From Hyphochytrium catenoides (Eukaryota; Protista; Hyphochytriomycota): a stretch of 42,571 nucleotides of DNA. Position 1 is the stretch's first letter; each line of letters opens with the position of its first letter. Both the position numbers and the translations under genes were made by a program. Location of the stretch: positions 1-42,571 of the forward strand of contig FLMG01003965.1 in assembly GCA_900088475.1 (NCBI GenBank), given 5' to 3'. Below are positions 1-15,000 of this stretch, piece by piece. The notes beneath the pieces were generated by a model, which was not told the DNA's origin, searched no databases, and saw nothing but the letters and a program-made list of their open reading frames with translations.

Positions 1-34
1 TAACCAGAGGAAAGGTTCCAAGCAGCAGAAGTAC

Positions 35-3000
35 CTGCGTGTTCGCTATGTCGCTGCTCGACTGTTTGAGGCTCCTGGCCTGGCTGGTCAAATCCTTATT
101 GGAAGACGCACCTTCCTCCTAACAAATGCATAGCGTATAGGGAACGAGAAGTTACAAGTGTCAAGTTTAGATCACGAATGCCCTTTGACATGCAAAAAGG
201 CAGGGATCAGAGAGCCTCTAGACATGGAATAGAAGCAAAGGAGAGACTGTGCCAGACTCCGCTTGACAGACTCCCCAAAGGGCAATAGAAAGAGGATAAA
301 GAGCGGTAAGGTAGCGTCGGAAGAGGGCGCATTTTGGCTTGAGGAGGTTATCTCACCGCTGCAGAAATAGACAGAGGCTCCACCGTGAAGAACATTGTAT
401 CGTTGCGAATAACAGCCACAGCGAGAGAATTCTTAAGGTTCTTGATGATCAGAAAGCCCTCGCTTGAGCCTTCTTCCACCTCCACTCGCACTCTCTGCGT
501 CACTGCTGTCGTGGCGACGGAGGAGACTGCCCCTCCACCAGAAGCCCCTCCCACCTTTTTCTCAGCGGGAAGCGACGCAGTGCCAGAAGCTGCAGAAGAA
601 GACAGCGACGATGAGCTTGTCCCTTGGGTCGTGGCGGTGGAAGCAACACTGGTGAAGCTTGCGAAGCTGCCAAAACTACGGTGGTTCTGCCCTAAGCCTG
701 CAAGCGACGTGCCTCCTCTAGGGGTAGGAGGGAGATTGGCACCTTCTTCTCCCATGTCTGAGGGGTCGATTTTCCTTCCTACAAACGCCATGGACAGAAC
801 ATGCGGGCCTGTAATGCTATCATCTAGCGCGAAGGCTCCTGATCCGTGCGCAGAGGATGGAACAAGAGACGAGTCCGGTCGGGAGTCGACTCCTCTTAAA
901 TCTCTATCCACCCTTACTTGGAGCTGAGGGTGGCAGCAACGGCATCGAATGTAGATAATCTGCTGAAAGTCCTTAACAAGTCTGCAGGCAACGTACACTT
1001 CTACTACCCTGTCCCAGGCGCCAGTACGCTGATCCAGGTTAGAGCCCTCCTTCCGGGCTTCTTCTGCGGATGGGGGCCGAGCAAAGAATCGGAAGAAGAT
1101 TTGCAGCTTACTTCTCGGCTCAATGGACACAGAGCTAATGGGCTTGAGTGACGTAGCAGAGAGGGAGAATCGCAACTCCCTGTTCCCCACATTGCTTGAC
1201 AGTACGAAGTCCAGCGGTAGATCGGAGGTGTTGACGATGACGATGGATCTGTTATGATAAATCGTATGGTACATAATCTCGCCAAAGTCTAGATCTAGAG
1301 GCGGACGAGTGCTTGACGCTGAGGCCTCGGACGGTGGATGCGGCCGAATGAGCTTCCTAGAGTGACATGAAAAGNNNNNNNNNNNNNNNNNNNNNNNNNN
1401 NNNNNNNNNNNNCCGAATAAAGAAGGTCTAAAGCCTTTTAAAAATGAGAAGCGGGTTTCCTACCTGTCAAGCGTCTTCTTTCCTGCCACGAGCACATCGA
1501 ACAAAGGAGAGTTGTTGTCCGAGGAGGAAAGACCGGCTAGGATCTTCAAGTCCGCTACCACCTCCATGTCCACACGGATCTGGTAGGGGCGCAGAGAGCA
1601 AGTGGTTAGTAAGATTAGAAATAAAGGAAAAGACACGGCGACATCCCGCCTCGGTAACGAACGAGTGCCCAATTCTTTTTAGTCTGGCCCATGATCTGCC
1701 TTCCTTTGGTCCGTCTCTCTCCATCTGACCTAAAACCGCCTGTTTTCTCTCCGTAATGAATGGCTGTCAGTGCATTGCCCGTACCATCTTCACATCCTGT
1801 GAGTTTGTGAGATTCTCTACTATGAGATAGGTAGAGAAGTATCCAAGCCTATCCCTTAGAAAGTAGAGAGTGATGTTATGATAAGGCTGGAGAGAATCCA
1901 GCACGCCCCGATCGCGGGAGAGCTGCAGCCACTCAGGTCTTTCTCTTCCGTTCTGCTCCAGCTGGTGGATGGTATACAACCGGTACTCCACAGTGCCTAC
2001 CAAGGATTTGAGTTATGCTTAGTAAAAACGGAGCGGCAGGATGGACTTCTGGACAGTTGAAGGAGAGAAGAGGGAGACTAACGCAGGTGCAGAGCAAGGA
2101 CTGTTCTCCCTTCTGGGTTTGATCTCTTACCTGTCGAGACCGGTAGCAACCTTTCCACTGTGATCTCCCACTCAACCATAGATCCTGCTCGCAGGGTTTG
2201 TTGTCCAATGTCGACTGCATATCGGACGTTCTTCAATGTCCCGCCCTGTATGGGAGTGCAGCCGCGGAGCCCCAGAACAGGCAAGCGTCCGTTGCCTTCC
2301 TCTGTCTCCCCTTCCAGTGCAGCCTCTGCTCCTCCTTCTGCTGCACCCCCAAAGGTCAGGTCAAGGGCATGGCTGCGATCCTGAAAGTGCTGAGAACCAG
2401 CAACAGCTTCGGAATTGCGTGCAAGGAGAAGCATCTCTGGGTTCTCTACCACCAGCTTCACGTCTACCTGGCCCTCTGTGTGGGATGAGGGAGGCGAGTC
2501 GGTGTCCCTAATGATGATTGACATCCCTTCAAAGCGCTGAATCGCAGAAAGTGCCTCTTCCTGCACGATACGGAGACAAGCAAGGATAAGAATATTGGAC
2601 TCTCAACGCAAAACCTCGTCGGAGAAGGCACCGAAGGTCTATATGTGGCACATTAGGAGTATGAAGGGCAATGACCTTCACAAGAGACGTGATGGTCGAG
2701 GGAATAAATGAAAAGATGGTGCAGGGGCAACCGAACGCACCTCATTGCCATCTACCTCCCATGAGCCTGACCGGGAAGTTCTAGCCCTGCTCGGCGTATA
2801 CCCGCTCGGGCAGAGCCTTACTGATATTTGCAAGGATTCTCCAGGCCTGATGCTGCCACTGGATGGTGTGGCCAGAGGCATCACTGTGTCCGTCGTGATA
2901 GATTTGCTATGGACCCATCAAGAGGCAAAGGTGTGGGACAGCGAAGTGATGACAAAGACGTCGACGAATGATTAGCAATTATTCTTGTATGGGGGCTAAC

Positions 3001-6000
3001 CATGCGTCAGACCTAAGAAAGAGCAGTAGCAAAAGAAAAGGCATCTGTCTGCCTGCACACTGGCTTTCGATGACGCGCTGCAGTGATGGTTCACGGTGTT
3101 ATAAACATGGTAAGACTTCCTCGGCCTTACCTTCCATCCACGGTGGAGACGTCAGAGCTGTCCAGAAGCAATTGTACTCCCCGGTGCCTTGCAGCTGTGG
3201 TGAGGATCTCGAAGTTCAGTGGGTGACTCTGACTCAGATTTTGAATCCAGAAGCTATCGGTATCACTGAGAAGAGCAAAAGAGGCAATAAGCATTGATGA
3301 GCGACTGCATGTTGACCGGGCAAGGAAGTAGCCGGCCATAAGCACTAAGCTTTCGGAGTAGACAGCACTAACCCAACCTTACCTCCTTAATCTGAGTAAA
3401 CGGCGCACAAGAAGCCCCGGTTGAGAGCCAGCGACAAGCTCCTGATTGGCACCTGTCTCGCCTTCAGCTTGTCCTGCAGTGTTTCTGAGACCTGGCTTAG
3501 ACCCTGCGATGTCGGAGGTGTCCATCCTTTTAGGACTCTGCAGATCGTGCTCGTCCTCCTCTCCCTATTCAATAGTAACGTCAGCGTGATTGACATTTAA
3601 TAAAGGCATATTGACTGCCGTATCATAGCCTATGACGGACTAAATCTGCAGAGTAAAGAAAGCTCTCACAGCATTGTACACGGGGAAGAGGAAGAACGGG
3701 CAGATGAGTGCAGCCAAGCAGTTGATACCTCTTCCAACAAAGTCAGCACAGCTTGCCTAACATCCTCCACAGTGGTATAGAAATGGATGCTGCTTGAGGA
3801 GAGAGAGAAAGTCATGCCGGGCGTCAGCTCTCCCAATATCTTGAGGTCCTCTTGATATTCCCTCCCATGCTTCGCCAGCTGAGAGTCTGAGCTTGCTGGA
3901 GCTGGATTAAAGAGGTAACCGCCGTTAGGCGTCAGCTTCACAGCGGACAAGCCAATGGCTATTGTAGTGTTCCGGAAGAGCAGAAAGAGATTTCACAATA
4001 TTGAGCGGAGAGAGGCGTAGCGGTAAAAGTAGGCCAAAGTATAATCATGCGCTACCCATGGTAATGCGGAGCCTTCCCAGTGCTAGTGAACAATTCTGAG
4101 CGATGCTTTCGTCCTGGATGTCTCGCGCGGCCTCTCCGGTTCGACTATTTGCTTCTAGATTCACTGATGAGGGAGATGACGGGAGAGAGTGAGGGAAGCT
4201 GATGTGCGGACAGAGATGGCGAAAGTCAGTTAAGCTGTGAAGGCGCGGCTTACGTCGGGAGTTTCTTCTAAGCACCTGCCCATCTGCTGCTCCATCAGCA
4301 GCTAAGAGGCACCAGATGATTAGTGTACAGGACCAGAAAAATCTTTCTCTCGTCTTCAACGTCCTCCCGCCTTACCTTGGATTGCGGTCCGTTCTCCTTC
4401 GATAGGTGAAGCCTCAAGCTGAACATCCGCGTTTCCTGCTTCTAGCAATAGACTTGAATTAGCTCCCGTGGCTTGAGCCCGTGGCACCGTCACTCCATGT
4501 TCCTCATCCAGCGTTTTGAGGTTTGCTACCCTTGTAGGCGTAAAAGTTCCAGGTTTTCCCTTCTTTCCCACCTTACGCTCTACATTGTCTCTCCGACTTC
4601 TTGAAAGGCTTATTTCGCCCTTGAACTACCCTGCAAAGTGCCTCCCACGTCAAAGTCTAGTGTTTGGCTTACCATCCAGAGTGTTGCCCATGAGAGGCAT
4701 GCACTGCCTTATGATATCAGATGTCAGACGGGCGTGAGGGCTCGCTCGACAAACTACCCGAACGTCTATCCGCTCATTAGGAGCCAAAGTGGTGCGGGTG
4801 AGGGGCGTGTTCGAAGAACGAGACAACGTTTCGAGCTCAAGAATATCCTGGAAGAGCGGGTACAGCCCAAGAGAAGAGGTGTTATTAGACTCTTGATCAG
4901 CGACCACTCTAAGAGCCAGCAAAGGATCGCGGGTTACACATGTTTAAGGAGAGACAGAACTACTTTCGAACTGCTTTGATACGTACCCGGACCAGCTCTG
5001 CCTCTGCGACGTCAAACCGTACTTCGAGATCTTCGTCGAAGACATTGCGGACAGAGAACCACACGTTGCATGCAAGAGGATGCGACGAAGGGCTCGGCGG
5101 CACGACGAGCGTTGGAAGCACAATGGCATTGGGCTCATGGACCTAGAGCAAAGCGTAAGAGGAAGAGTCGGTGTGTTAACGTCCTATCCTCCCTTCGGCT
5201 CTATTTGAGAGAGTAAGAGAGCGGTCTAGCTCTTGGGTGGAGCCTAACAATTTGCCCGGCATTCTTTTCAGTCTTTTCGCCTACCTAATCTCTTCTTACC
5301 TTATGAGTGAGGGTGTCGTTGTCATGGAAATGTATGGAGAGGAGTCGACTGATCACCTCCGCCTCCACTCGAACCTTTCCGATGTTTGTAGGCGTGTCAT
5401 AGTTCAAGAAAGAAATCTGGTATCTACAAACCAGACAGGCACAAGGTTAGAGCAACGTACGGAGAGAAGCTCGACAGTGCCAGAAGTGAGAATATAAAAG
5501 ATAACATCAATACTGAGCCAATGTGACACATGATACAGAGTGAGATCTGCAAAGCATCAAAGTGTGATTGCTTAAACGCTGCCTGACAGTAAAGTTAAGC
5601 AATCCTTGGACATTCAAAATGGACGGCGAGCAAGAGTGAAAAGAGCAATTAAATCAGAAGGCTAGATCTCTTACCTTCTTAGATCTGCAGTTTTCTTCCG
5701 CGATGTGGTCTTCAGCTGAAACCTCAATTTGCAGCTATCCTGAGCCCTCAAACACCAGATGCGAGGACCTAAGCCATCTGGACGTCGATTCAGGGCAAGG
5801 ATGGAGAGGTCTCGCAATGCCGGAAAGGCCTTCTGGTGGGAGGAGGTCGGGACGATTTCGCCTCCTGCTGCTGGATATTGTGAAGGCAGAATTAGTCAGG
5901 GGAAAGAAGAGAAGAGCTGGAGAGTTGAGGATAGGGAATAGAATGTAAACGTCAGGGGACAAGGAAGAAACAGTTACAACGTGGAAGACACAGCGACTCC

Positions 6001-9000
6001 TGTCGGCTGGCTTTTTCTATCTTTCCCTCTCTCTATTCCACTTCTTCTGTTATCTCTTACCCTCGCTTCTAATTACACTTGAGTCTCTGTCCGCTCCAAG
6101 GAAGTTAAGGTCTGGATGTAAGGTGCTTATTCCAAACCAAAGGCTTGCGTTTGAGATATTCTGCACAGCCACTGAGAACTCTTTTGGTGCCCATTGATCA
6201 ACATATCCAACTTTGCCCAGGGTGATAAGAGAGTGAGAGAGTTCTAACAGGGGTCGGCAGTAGCTGCCAGAGAGAGACACCACCTTCGCGACGTGCTTGA
6301 GCTGCGCTTGAAGAGGAGAAGCACTGTCCACAGAAGAGTCTCCCAATCCACCCTTAGCTCCACTCGTCCGAAGGAATGCGAGAATGCCCCTAAACGGTAC
6401 CGTCCTCCCTGCCAGCACCGACTCGGTAGGAAGTAATTGCGTTCTAGCAAGCCATTGGAAACGTAGACGGACACAAACTGTCTCTCCTGGTTCTAGTGTG
6501 TAAGGAGATGCGCAAGTGCGAAGGACATCCACAGCTGAGGGGGCAACTCCTCCGACCCCGGGCTGTACGTCCAGCCAGTCCTCTGATGAAGCATCAGGGA
6601 TACTACGAGTCCTCTCCTGACTTACTGGAGGACGCTTTTTGCTCTCTCCGTGTAGCAGCTTAGAGGTCAGGCGGCTACGCATTTTCTGCGAAAATCCCCG
6701 AAAGCCACCTGCTAAAGAAAGACGGTGAGGCATGCAAAAAAAAGCGAGTGTGCACAAAGAACTCTAGGCAAAGTGAGAGGACCTCCGAAGGGCAGCCATT
6801 CAGATAAACCTACAAATGGGTTACCACTACGAAGGGAAAGTACACTTCTAACAGTTGCCCTACCGGTGCTTTCAGGAACTTTGGCTGCCTGTTCTACCGC
6901 CCTAACCACTTCCCAACGAATCTGCAGAGGAAGATTGCTCATAGCTTGTAGCACTACGGCCTCTCCAGATACATTGGTAAGAGAGAATGTCCGGCGTCTT
7001 TCCCCTTCGGCAGGCTCCTGGCCTGGTTCCTTCTCTCTGTAGGAGTGAATATGAGAGTCGAAGATATAGAAGTGCCGCCGGCCAGACTCTGCAGAGTGGC
7101 TCTCCAGCGCAGCCAACGAAGGACCCAGAGCAGCCTGCACGGGATGAGACCCGGGGCCGCCAGCTGGGCTGGAGCCAAGCGGGAAGGCACCTCCCGTCGC
7201 CGACACCGACGCAGTCCGCGGTAGACTAAGTACTGGGACAGCGCCGAGATCTAGGTAGGCCCCAAGAGCATTGTTCTGTGCGAAAAAGGTAACATTGGAT
7301 GTCAACAGCGTGGAAGAAGAGCGAAAGTGTCAGACTGGCCTCTGTCTCTACAGCTACTCGACGCCTCACTGTAGACGTACCTCAGAACTGGCAGTAAGTG
7401 ATGAAAGCAGCGACCCATCATCCACAAATAGTCGAACGTCCACGAACGAGATCTGGCCAGGACAGGAGACATTTTCGATAACCAGCCGCCTTTGTAGCAG
7501 CCCCGCGCGGGCCGATGATACCTGAAAATGGAGCTCTTTGCTGCAGCCGCCACGGATCACACCTGGAAGTGGCAAGGTAAAATTGAATTAAACGAGAGCT
7601 ATCTTTCATTTTCCTGGGACATCTTTACATCCCTCCTCCCTGTTTCCAAGTTCCTCCTTTTCATGCTAGTCCCAACCCATAGTTCTCTAGTGACTGCCAC
7701 GGTCCCTCTTCGCCCAGAGACCACCTAGACCTACTGACTGCATGCCACCCTCTTTCTCCTACTTCTAACAGTTGGGCCTATCACAATCTGTTTTTCCCTT
7801 TGGTTAGCGCACCTGAAGACTCGTGCAGTGTTAGCTCTAACTCGTCCCCGGCATCAAAGTCCGCAACGTTCTCTACCCTAACACGATATTCTAGCTGCAG
7901 CTGGCGGTTCAGATTTTGGAGTTGAAAACTGCCAGCGAGGCAACTCTGACTAGGACTGGCCTGGACACCAGCCGTCGTGCCGCTGCTTCTCCTTTCTTTC
8001 TTTGCCTGTTTCCCTCCTCCTTTCTCTCCTTTCTTTTGATTAGAGAGAGCGTTATGTAGTTCCTTCAGAGGAATGCTCCCAAGGTTGATGAACGACGGGC
8101 TTACTGCCATCAAACTTATGCCTGCCAGCGCCCGAAAGGCAATTGTAAACTCAGCAGTCTTGTCTACCATGCTTGGGACGATATCTTCTGCACCTTCAAC
8201 TCCCGGTTCTCTGCCGACCACCTCTTCCTCCGAAAGAACAGTCATCACTTTCTCCATAGACACTTTGATACCTCCTACCAACTCTCGACAGGAACCCGTT
8301 CTGAACTCTTCAGCGAAGAGCCGAGGCTGTAGTGCTATGTAGATTTTGGTGCTCTCATGAGGAGGAAGACGCATTCTGCTTACCTCCTGTTGAAGCTCCT
8401 TGTCTGCAAAGACATAGCACTGCTTCTGAAGGTTGCTCTTGGCAGTCAGTAGGATAGGACTCTCGGTCACATTCTTTAGCGTCAAATCTACCACTTTCGG
8501 GAAGGGAGACCAAGCACCCGCGGTACTCTCCCCAGTTGTCGCCCCAGCGGCGACGCCAACGGCTTCTCCATCTTCTCCACTTCTGGGTCTTACGTAGACG
8601 TGTCCTATATCCAATGTCTCTAGTTTGCCTGTGCAAGTGGGGTCCAAACTGGGCACGTGTATCATGATAGGGTTGGATACAGAGAGATAGACGGTAACCG
8701 TAGCCTGGTCGGAGCGATTGGTCAAATTTCGTACGAGAATCTCTCGCACGTGTCGGCCAGGGGTGGTTGCCTTGACCATAAAGCTCACCGTTACCTCAGC
8801 TTTTGGAGCCACAACTAACGTCTTCTGATCCACTATAAGGTCAGATGGAGTACCCATGGGGGTTGTCGATGGTGTATGTGCAGGCGGCAGCGGCGGTGGC
8901 GAAGGACTGCCACTGCTGTGCGCGGATTGCGAAGGAGGTGCTGAGACTGGCAACGACACAGCAGGAGAAGGTGAGGGAGAGCCTTTGACGAGTGGTATAA

Positions 9001-12000
9001 TCACTACTCTGACTTCGCTGTCTGAGTCATTGGCCACAACAAAGTGCCCGGGTACGAGGCTTTGAGCAATGTGCTTGCCCAGGTCAATCCTATGAGGTTT
9101 CACTGTGATCGGAGAAGCTAGAGGCACAATGGCACAAAGCGGGAGCCTCTTCGCTTGTATGGCGGTGTTCAAGGGCTTCACGACTAACATTCCCAAATCT
9201 ACGATACCGCTGTGTGACGGCGGCAAAGCGGCACCAGCCCACTGCAGATGCAATGAGATGATGGCCCCTGGTTCTAGGCGTAGAATGAGGGTCTGCAGCA
9301 GACCTCTTCCCGGACGTGGAGAGGGCAAACGTGTGGCGCTCGAAGGACTTATAACTCCAGACCGCAGGACAGACAGCAACGTAGAAGCGTCTGCTTTGGG
9401 TTCTCTGTCCACCCCGTCAGACCTGGCTCTCACGCTCTCGCCCTGACGATCGGGAAAAAATTTCACCATACGGGCGGCACTCTGGTCATTTGCGCTGCCT
9501 TGGGGGAGAGGAGAGTCGATAGTCGAGATAACCGCCGAAGGGGGATCCACTTCGTAATACAGAGGATACGGGAGAGGCCTTTCCGCAAAGACATCATTAT
9601 GCCCTCGAACGCGCACCCACAGCGTTAGAGGTTCCGGGGAGGTGTTATTGCTCTTGATAGTTACGGTGGAGGATGAAGCGGACAAAGAGGCAGAGGAAAG
9701 AGAGGAGGGCTGTGCCGTATCGGTCCAGATGTAGACACAGGTGTTCAGGCGGCTTAGCTCTATTGAACTAGCCGCTCCCTGTAACCCAGGCAAGCTCTGT
9801 CGACTGTCAGAAGGTATTTTTGATATGGCTTCAACAGTGAAATGACCCAGCGAAGGAGACGAAGCAGCGTCAGGAAGAGGGCTATCGATCGCGTCGGGAA
9901 GCTTTGACGGCTCAGTATCCGTAGGGGGAAGGATGAGAGAGGCACGCTTGAAAGGTTTGCCTGTAGCTCGAGCGTATGCCTCCTCTCCCGCTTTGCCCGA
10001 CGAAAAGATGTCTGCTACGTACTGCAGCTCCTTGATGACATCCTACGTGCACCGAGTACAAAAGGAGAAGCGACAGCGGTCAGAGACACCCAGAGGTACG
10101 ATACCCTTCGTTAATTGGTGGCTAAAAGAGCAAGGAAGGACAGGAACAGCCTTTCTGAAAGGGCAAGGAGATGATGGAACGCCAGGAGGTGAAATCACAA
10201 GGAAACAATCCGCTAAGGTGACATCTTTGAACCTAAATACCTTGTTCTTGGTCTCATAGAGAAAGAGCACCCCACGACCTCGCAACGCTCCTTCTAGCGT
10301 GGGCTCGGCATCTTCCTCTCCTTCCTTTGAGGCTCTTCTTTCCTGCGACTGTCTCCAATCCTCAATGACTGGAGTCGACTCCGATGTTGCCGAGCGGAAG
10401 ATGACGCTTGCAATGACGTAGCCAACCTCCTCCCCCTTAAGGGAGAATTTGAGAAGGTTTACCTTGGACGTCTGCGATGGTTTGGAAGATTGCGCCATAG
10501 GAGACGATTCCTTCGATTCCGAGGCAGATTGAGCCTCTCCACCATCCTCCTCCTCATCTTCTGCATTCTGTGAAGCTCCAGATCCGTCTGTCTTCCAATC
10601 AGTGGGCTCGGCCGGGTCTGAATGGAGGAGAGCACGCAAGTCGGCAATCTTTCCCTTCAGGAGCTTCATTTTCTCAGACTTTTTCTTAGTGGTGGCGATG
10701 CGCAGCTTGTGCTCCAACTTTTCCAGCTCTTCTTCTAACTTCTGCTCCTGAACCTGAGCAACATGGGATGCGGGGAATAGTATCTGATAAGGCTGGCTAG
10801 TTCGTTGTTAAGGATAGGAGCAATGGTATGTAGATAGGCTTGGATGTCATCCTTCAAACATCGCGTGCTCACCTGAGATATAGCGCTTCCTCCAGTCGTG
10901 TCGAGATTGAAAGCAAAGTCTGGAATTATATTCTTAGAGCTGCAGACGAATAGTGACGGATCAACCTGTATAGCGTATTCTCTCCGCTTCTTGCTCGTGT
11001 TTCTGATAGCTATCCTCAGTTCCTTGCACTTTTCCCCTAGAATGCACGCTCCCAAGGATAGGGTCTGCCCAGCTTGCGGAAGAACAAAGGTGTCAGGCTT
11101 AAGAACGCGAGCCTTGATGGTGATGACTTGCGTATTTGACGGGTCTTCAATGTTGATGAAGGCCAGAGTTTCTTCGAAACGCCCAGCTAGAGTTGGTTGG
11201 AAGACGAACTGGACATCTTTGAAACCAAAGGGCCGCACGACGCCAATGCGCCCATCATTGATGGTAAGGAAGCCGGAGGAAATGCTACCGGTCTTTGTGA
11301 CCTGCGCCCGCCAGCCCAGTGGTCAGTAAGAGTAGGAAAAGCAATAGCACCAGAAGTAAAAGAGGAAACGATAGCGGAAGGATATGGAAAAAAAGAGGGA
11401 TGACGACGAGGCAGATGTACAAAGAGAGCAAGAGACTGCCACAGAACGGGGCTTTCTCCCTAGAAAGAGAACAAATGTTCAGACTTTGTAAGGTAGACTT
11501 TTGCCTCTCGCCCTGCATCGCCAACGGGGGAGACACGAGAAGACCGAGTTAATTCGACCTACCTTATAGAGTAGCGGCACTGCTGATCTATTGGTAACCC
11601 TGACACTTTTGCACTGGCTCTCCGTCGTTGTCATGCGACCTAAATTGATATTCTTTTGATTGATGGACATCATTGACCGAGAAACCTTGGCTCGCACAAG
11701 CAGCTCTCTAACGCGTAACGGCTCCCCATCATTCGCAGCACTCTCTTCCCCATCACTCTGCTGCACACTTTGACCGTCGCTTGTCCCCTCTCCTGAGTTG
11801 AATGGGGTGCTGTGTCCGCCTGTTGTCTGGTTGAGCTTCACCAATGAAGGAGGGAGGTCGTTTGTTGTTATATCCAGCAACCGAATGAAAATCTTGCTTT
11901 TCTCTGTCTGTACGGCGTGAGGGTCAACCTCATGCTGGTCTTGCGATGGACCATACACAGCGACAATGGTCTGGTCCGCCTGCATTCGAGATTACGCCTG

Positions 12001-15000
12001 CGTGAGAAAGGGAAAGGTATGTTGACACGCTTACGAACACTCAGGGTATACCTCGGCTTCTAGTTCAACTATGTCCTCAAGTGAGGACAGCGGTGTTAGT
12101 CTGCCCTCTTTGATAGCGCGGTCCAGTTCTGTTTGTCTGCAAGATAAGGCATTGAAGGAAGTTCATTAGGAGCAGTGAGCATATCTAAGGTCATGGAGCT
12201 GAAGCACATAAAGAGTGAGTGCCGGAGAGAAGGGGATGTAAGGGAGAGTTGCTGAATGCTTCCTGTTACCTATTGGAGGTACTTTTAACTAGCCGCTCCT
12301 CCTCCTCTGGTCCTAAAGGGCGATTAGGCACCTTTAGCTCAAAGTCACTGGCCAACTCCAAGATGCTTGCGAGCTGGTCTGTGACTGCGGAAAAAGCACG
12401 CCCCTGGCTCTGCCCTCCTCTCTCTCTTTCTGTTGCAAGTCTTTCTCCTACGTCCATGCTATTGACACTTTCCAGAGACGCCACGCTACTGTGCCGCGAT
12501 ATCAATGCAGCGGAACTTGACGGAACGGCAGACGCAAGCGAAGGGGGAGGAACGCCTCCTAAGGGATCTACTCCGTCCCTAGCCCCTATAGAGGAGCTGA
12601 AGAAATAGTGGATGTATGTCAGGAAAGTCAATACAATAACAATAACAGTCCGGAGGATAAGAACTCGAATTTGGCCTGTTGCTCAAAGATCATCCATGTG
12701 ATCGCCATGGAAGAGCAACAGATAAAGATGAACTTGATAACCAAAGGAGGTGGCTCTAAAAGGTGGCAAGCACGTGCGGATTCGCACAATCAAATTAGTC
12801 AACAGTCGACACACCCTTGCGATATTCCAGAAGTTAACTCCCTCACAAATGGCGCCATGGAGACCACCAAGTTGTTGTCACTTCCATTCCGAAAGAGGTT
12901 ACGGCGTCTGGGGTTCCTTAGGGTGGGGGTCTAACACGATAGACCGATATGTAATGGCGAGAATGTGAGTATTGGCTTATATCCAGCTCCACTCTCTGTA
13001 GCTCTGTAGGACGCGACATCTGCCTATGACCGCTTAACCTACCTCGGTAGAGATTCTGGTGCCTGGCGGTGAGCCGCGGACGGGAGATGGCTCCGGACCA
13101 TTGGTGACGCTCTCTGAACGCTTCCGGTTTTGGTTGCTGAAAGTAGAATTCTGTCCTGAAGCCGGTGGCTTGGACTTTGTCCCCATCATCTGCTCCCCAA
13201 TGCTTTCTAACCAGTTCTCCTTGCGAGTCCCAGGAAACCATCTATTCGAGCAAAGCAGATTAGAAAATTGATTTGAAGCATTACCGCTGGCCTAGGGCGA
13301 CCTGAGCCGATTTTAGAACTCATCTTAGCTCACGTTGAGCAACGACTAACAGCCAGAACACCTATGTAAAAACTGGAGAATGCGAGAGGTTTTACAGTCT
13401 TCATCTAACCTGGAATCTTGGCCAGTGAGAGCATTCGGGGAGTAGTCATCTCCCTTGTCTTTCACACGGTCACTGGAGTTAACCATATATAGTACGAGGT
13501 CCGTACTGGATGGCTGAAGTCGGATCCTTAGAGGCTAAGACAACAAATCCAGAAGATAACGTGAGAAGACGCCGTGTTCTTACGTGTTGGATCATGTACG
13601 ACAGCACGAATGGCAAAGGACAATTCTTATAAGACAACTTCTCGCCCCACGATCCATCGCATTAATCTATTCTTTGAGCAACCCTCTGACTACCAGCCCG
13701 TAATTTATCAACAATTTTGCGCTATTGTCACCCCACGGGCTTACGTGTTTCTGTAAGTTTCTTAGGGAGAACGTCCTGAGCGCACAGCTGCCTACCACCG
13801 CGTGATCAAAGTAGATCTGGGGACTCCTGAACCTGACAAAGAAAGGCAAGAGAAATCCAGTCCATCAGAGGAGCAAAAAGAGATTAAACTCTATTCAGAA
13901 ACCCAACAGAACTATATGTCTACTAAGAGTCGCCAAACTAGGAAGAGCCATAATATCCCCCATATTGACTCTTGTGGAAAGTGCACGCCGCAGTAAGCCC
14001 TGCGCTACTCAAGAAGAGAGATTACAGTCCAGTTGTCTCTGACCTATTGTTCGTGGATAGCTTGTAGAATAGCGAGTGGTAGATGACATGCTGCGTATCC
14101 ATATTGCAGGAGCGCACCTCAACAACGGGTCGATTCCATTTGTTACGTCTGTTGAAGATCGAGATCTTCCTCCGATAGTTCAAATTTATACTACGCGGAA
14201 CCAGCTCCACCTGTAAAATAGCAAAGCGATCGACCAAACAGCAGTATGCGCAAAAGATCAGCAAGAGGTGGAATGACAGGACCACAACAAAGAAAGGGGG
14301 AGAGGAGGTAAGGTCAATAGCCAACAATAGGATAAAACGAAACTACTTCCTGACCTTTAGCTCGTAAGGTTGCTTCGGGGGTATGACGATGGATTCTAAT
14401 GTTTTCACGATCACGACCCGAGAGTTAACACGCGGGGTGATCAAGGCGGGCAGTTCGGACAAATTTTTGATCTGACAGCTTAGCGTCTTGTATTCTCCAA
14501 TGTTGCAGTCTCCAAAGTTTAGGACAGGCGGGTTGATCGTCACCACAGAGGTGCACGTGCGAGCGCGAACCGAGAGCATACGTCCCAACGAGTCATCGAA
14601 GTCGAGCTGTGTCATCGCAGATGATTTTTAGAAGGTCGTGCAGGAGAGAGCACAAAAACAACGCTCGAAGGCATGAGCCTACGATGAGAACACTTAACAA
14701 GCCTGAGCGCTAAACCTTGATAGATAAGAGGTGGACCGAGGTCCAGCATTAGCCGACTCAAGGACAAGAGAGATAAGCAAAGCGGTTAACAGAAACGGCA
14801 CAAGAGCGAAATACAGTGAAGAAAGGAAAGGCTGTAGGGTTTTGCCATTCACCTTCTGTGCCTGCTGCCACACGCCTTTGACTTCTCTGCATCGGATAAA
14901 AATGCGAAAGGCTTGACGGACTAGCCGTCCAATCCTAGGGTCCACATCTGAGCTGCTTGGTGCCGTGCTACCCGGTCCGGTCAGATTACCCTCAGCTCCC

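Noticed and set aside
9794-9960. Apparent GC-AG intron (ACAG|GCAAAC) in the giant gene
   Set aside because: The frame stays open across the region (GKPFKRASLILPP...DSRQSLPG) and the phases would not match. It is part of one ~2.2-kb exon.
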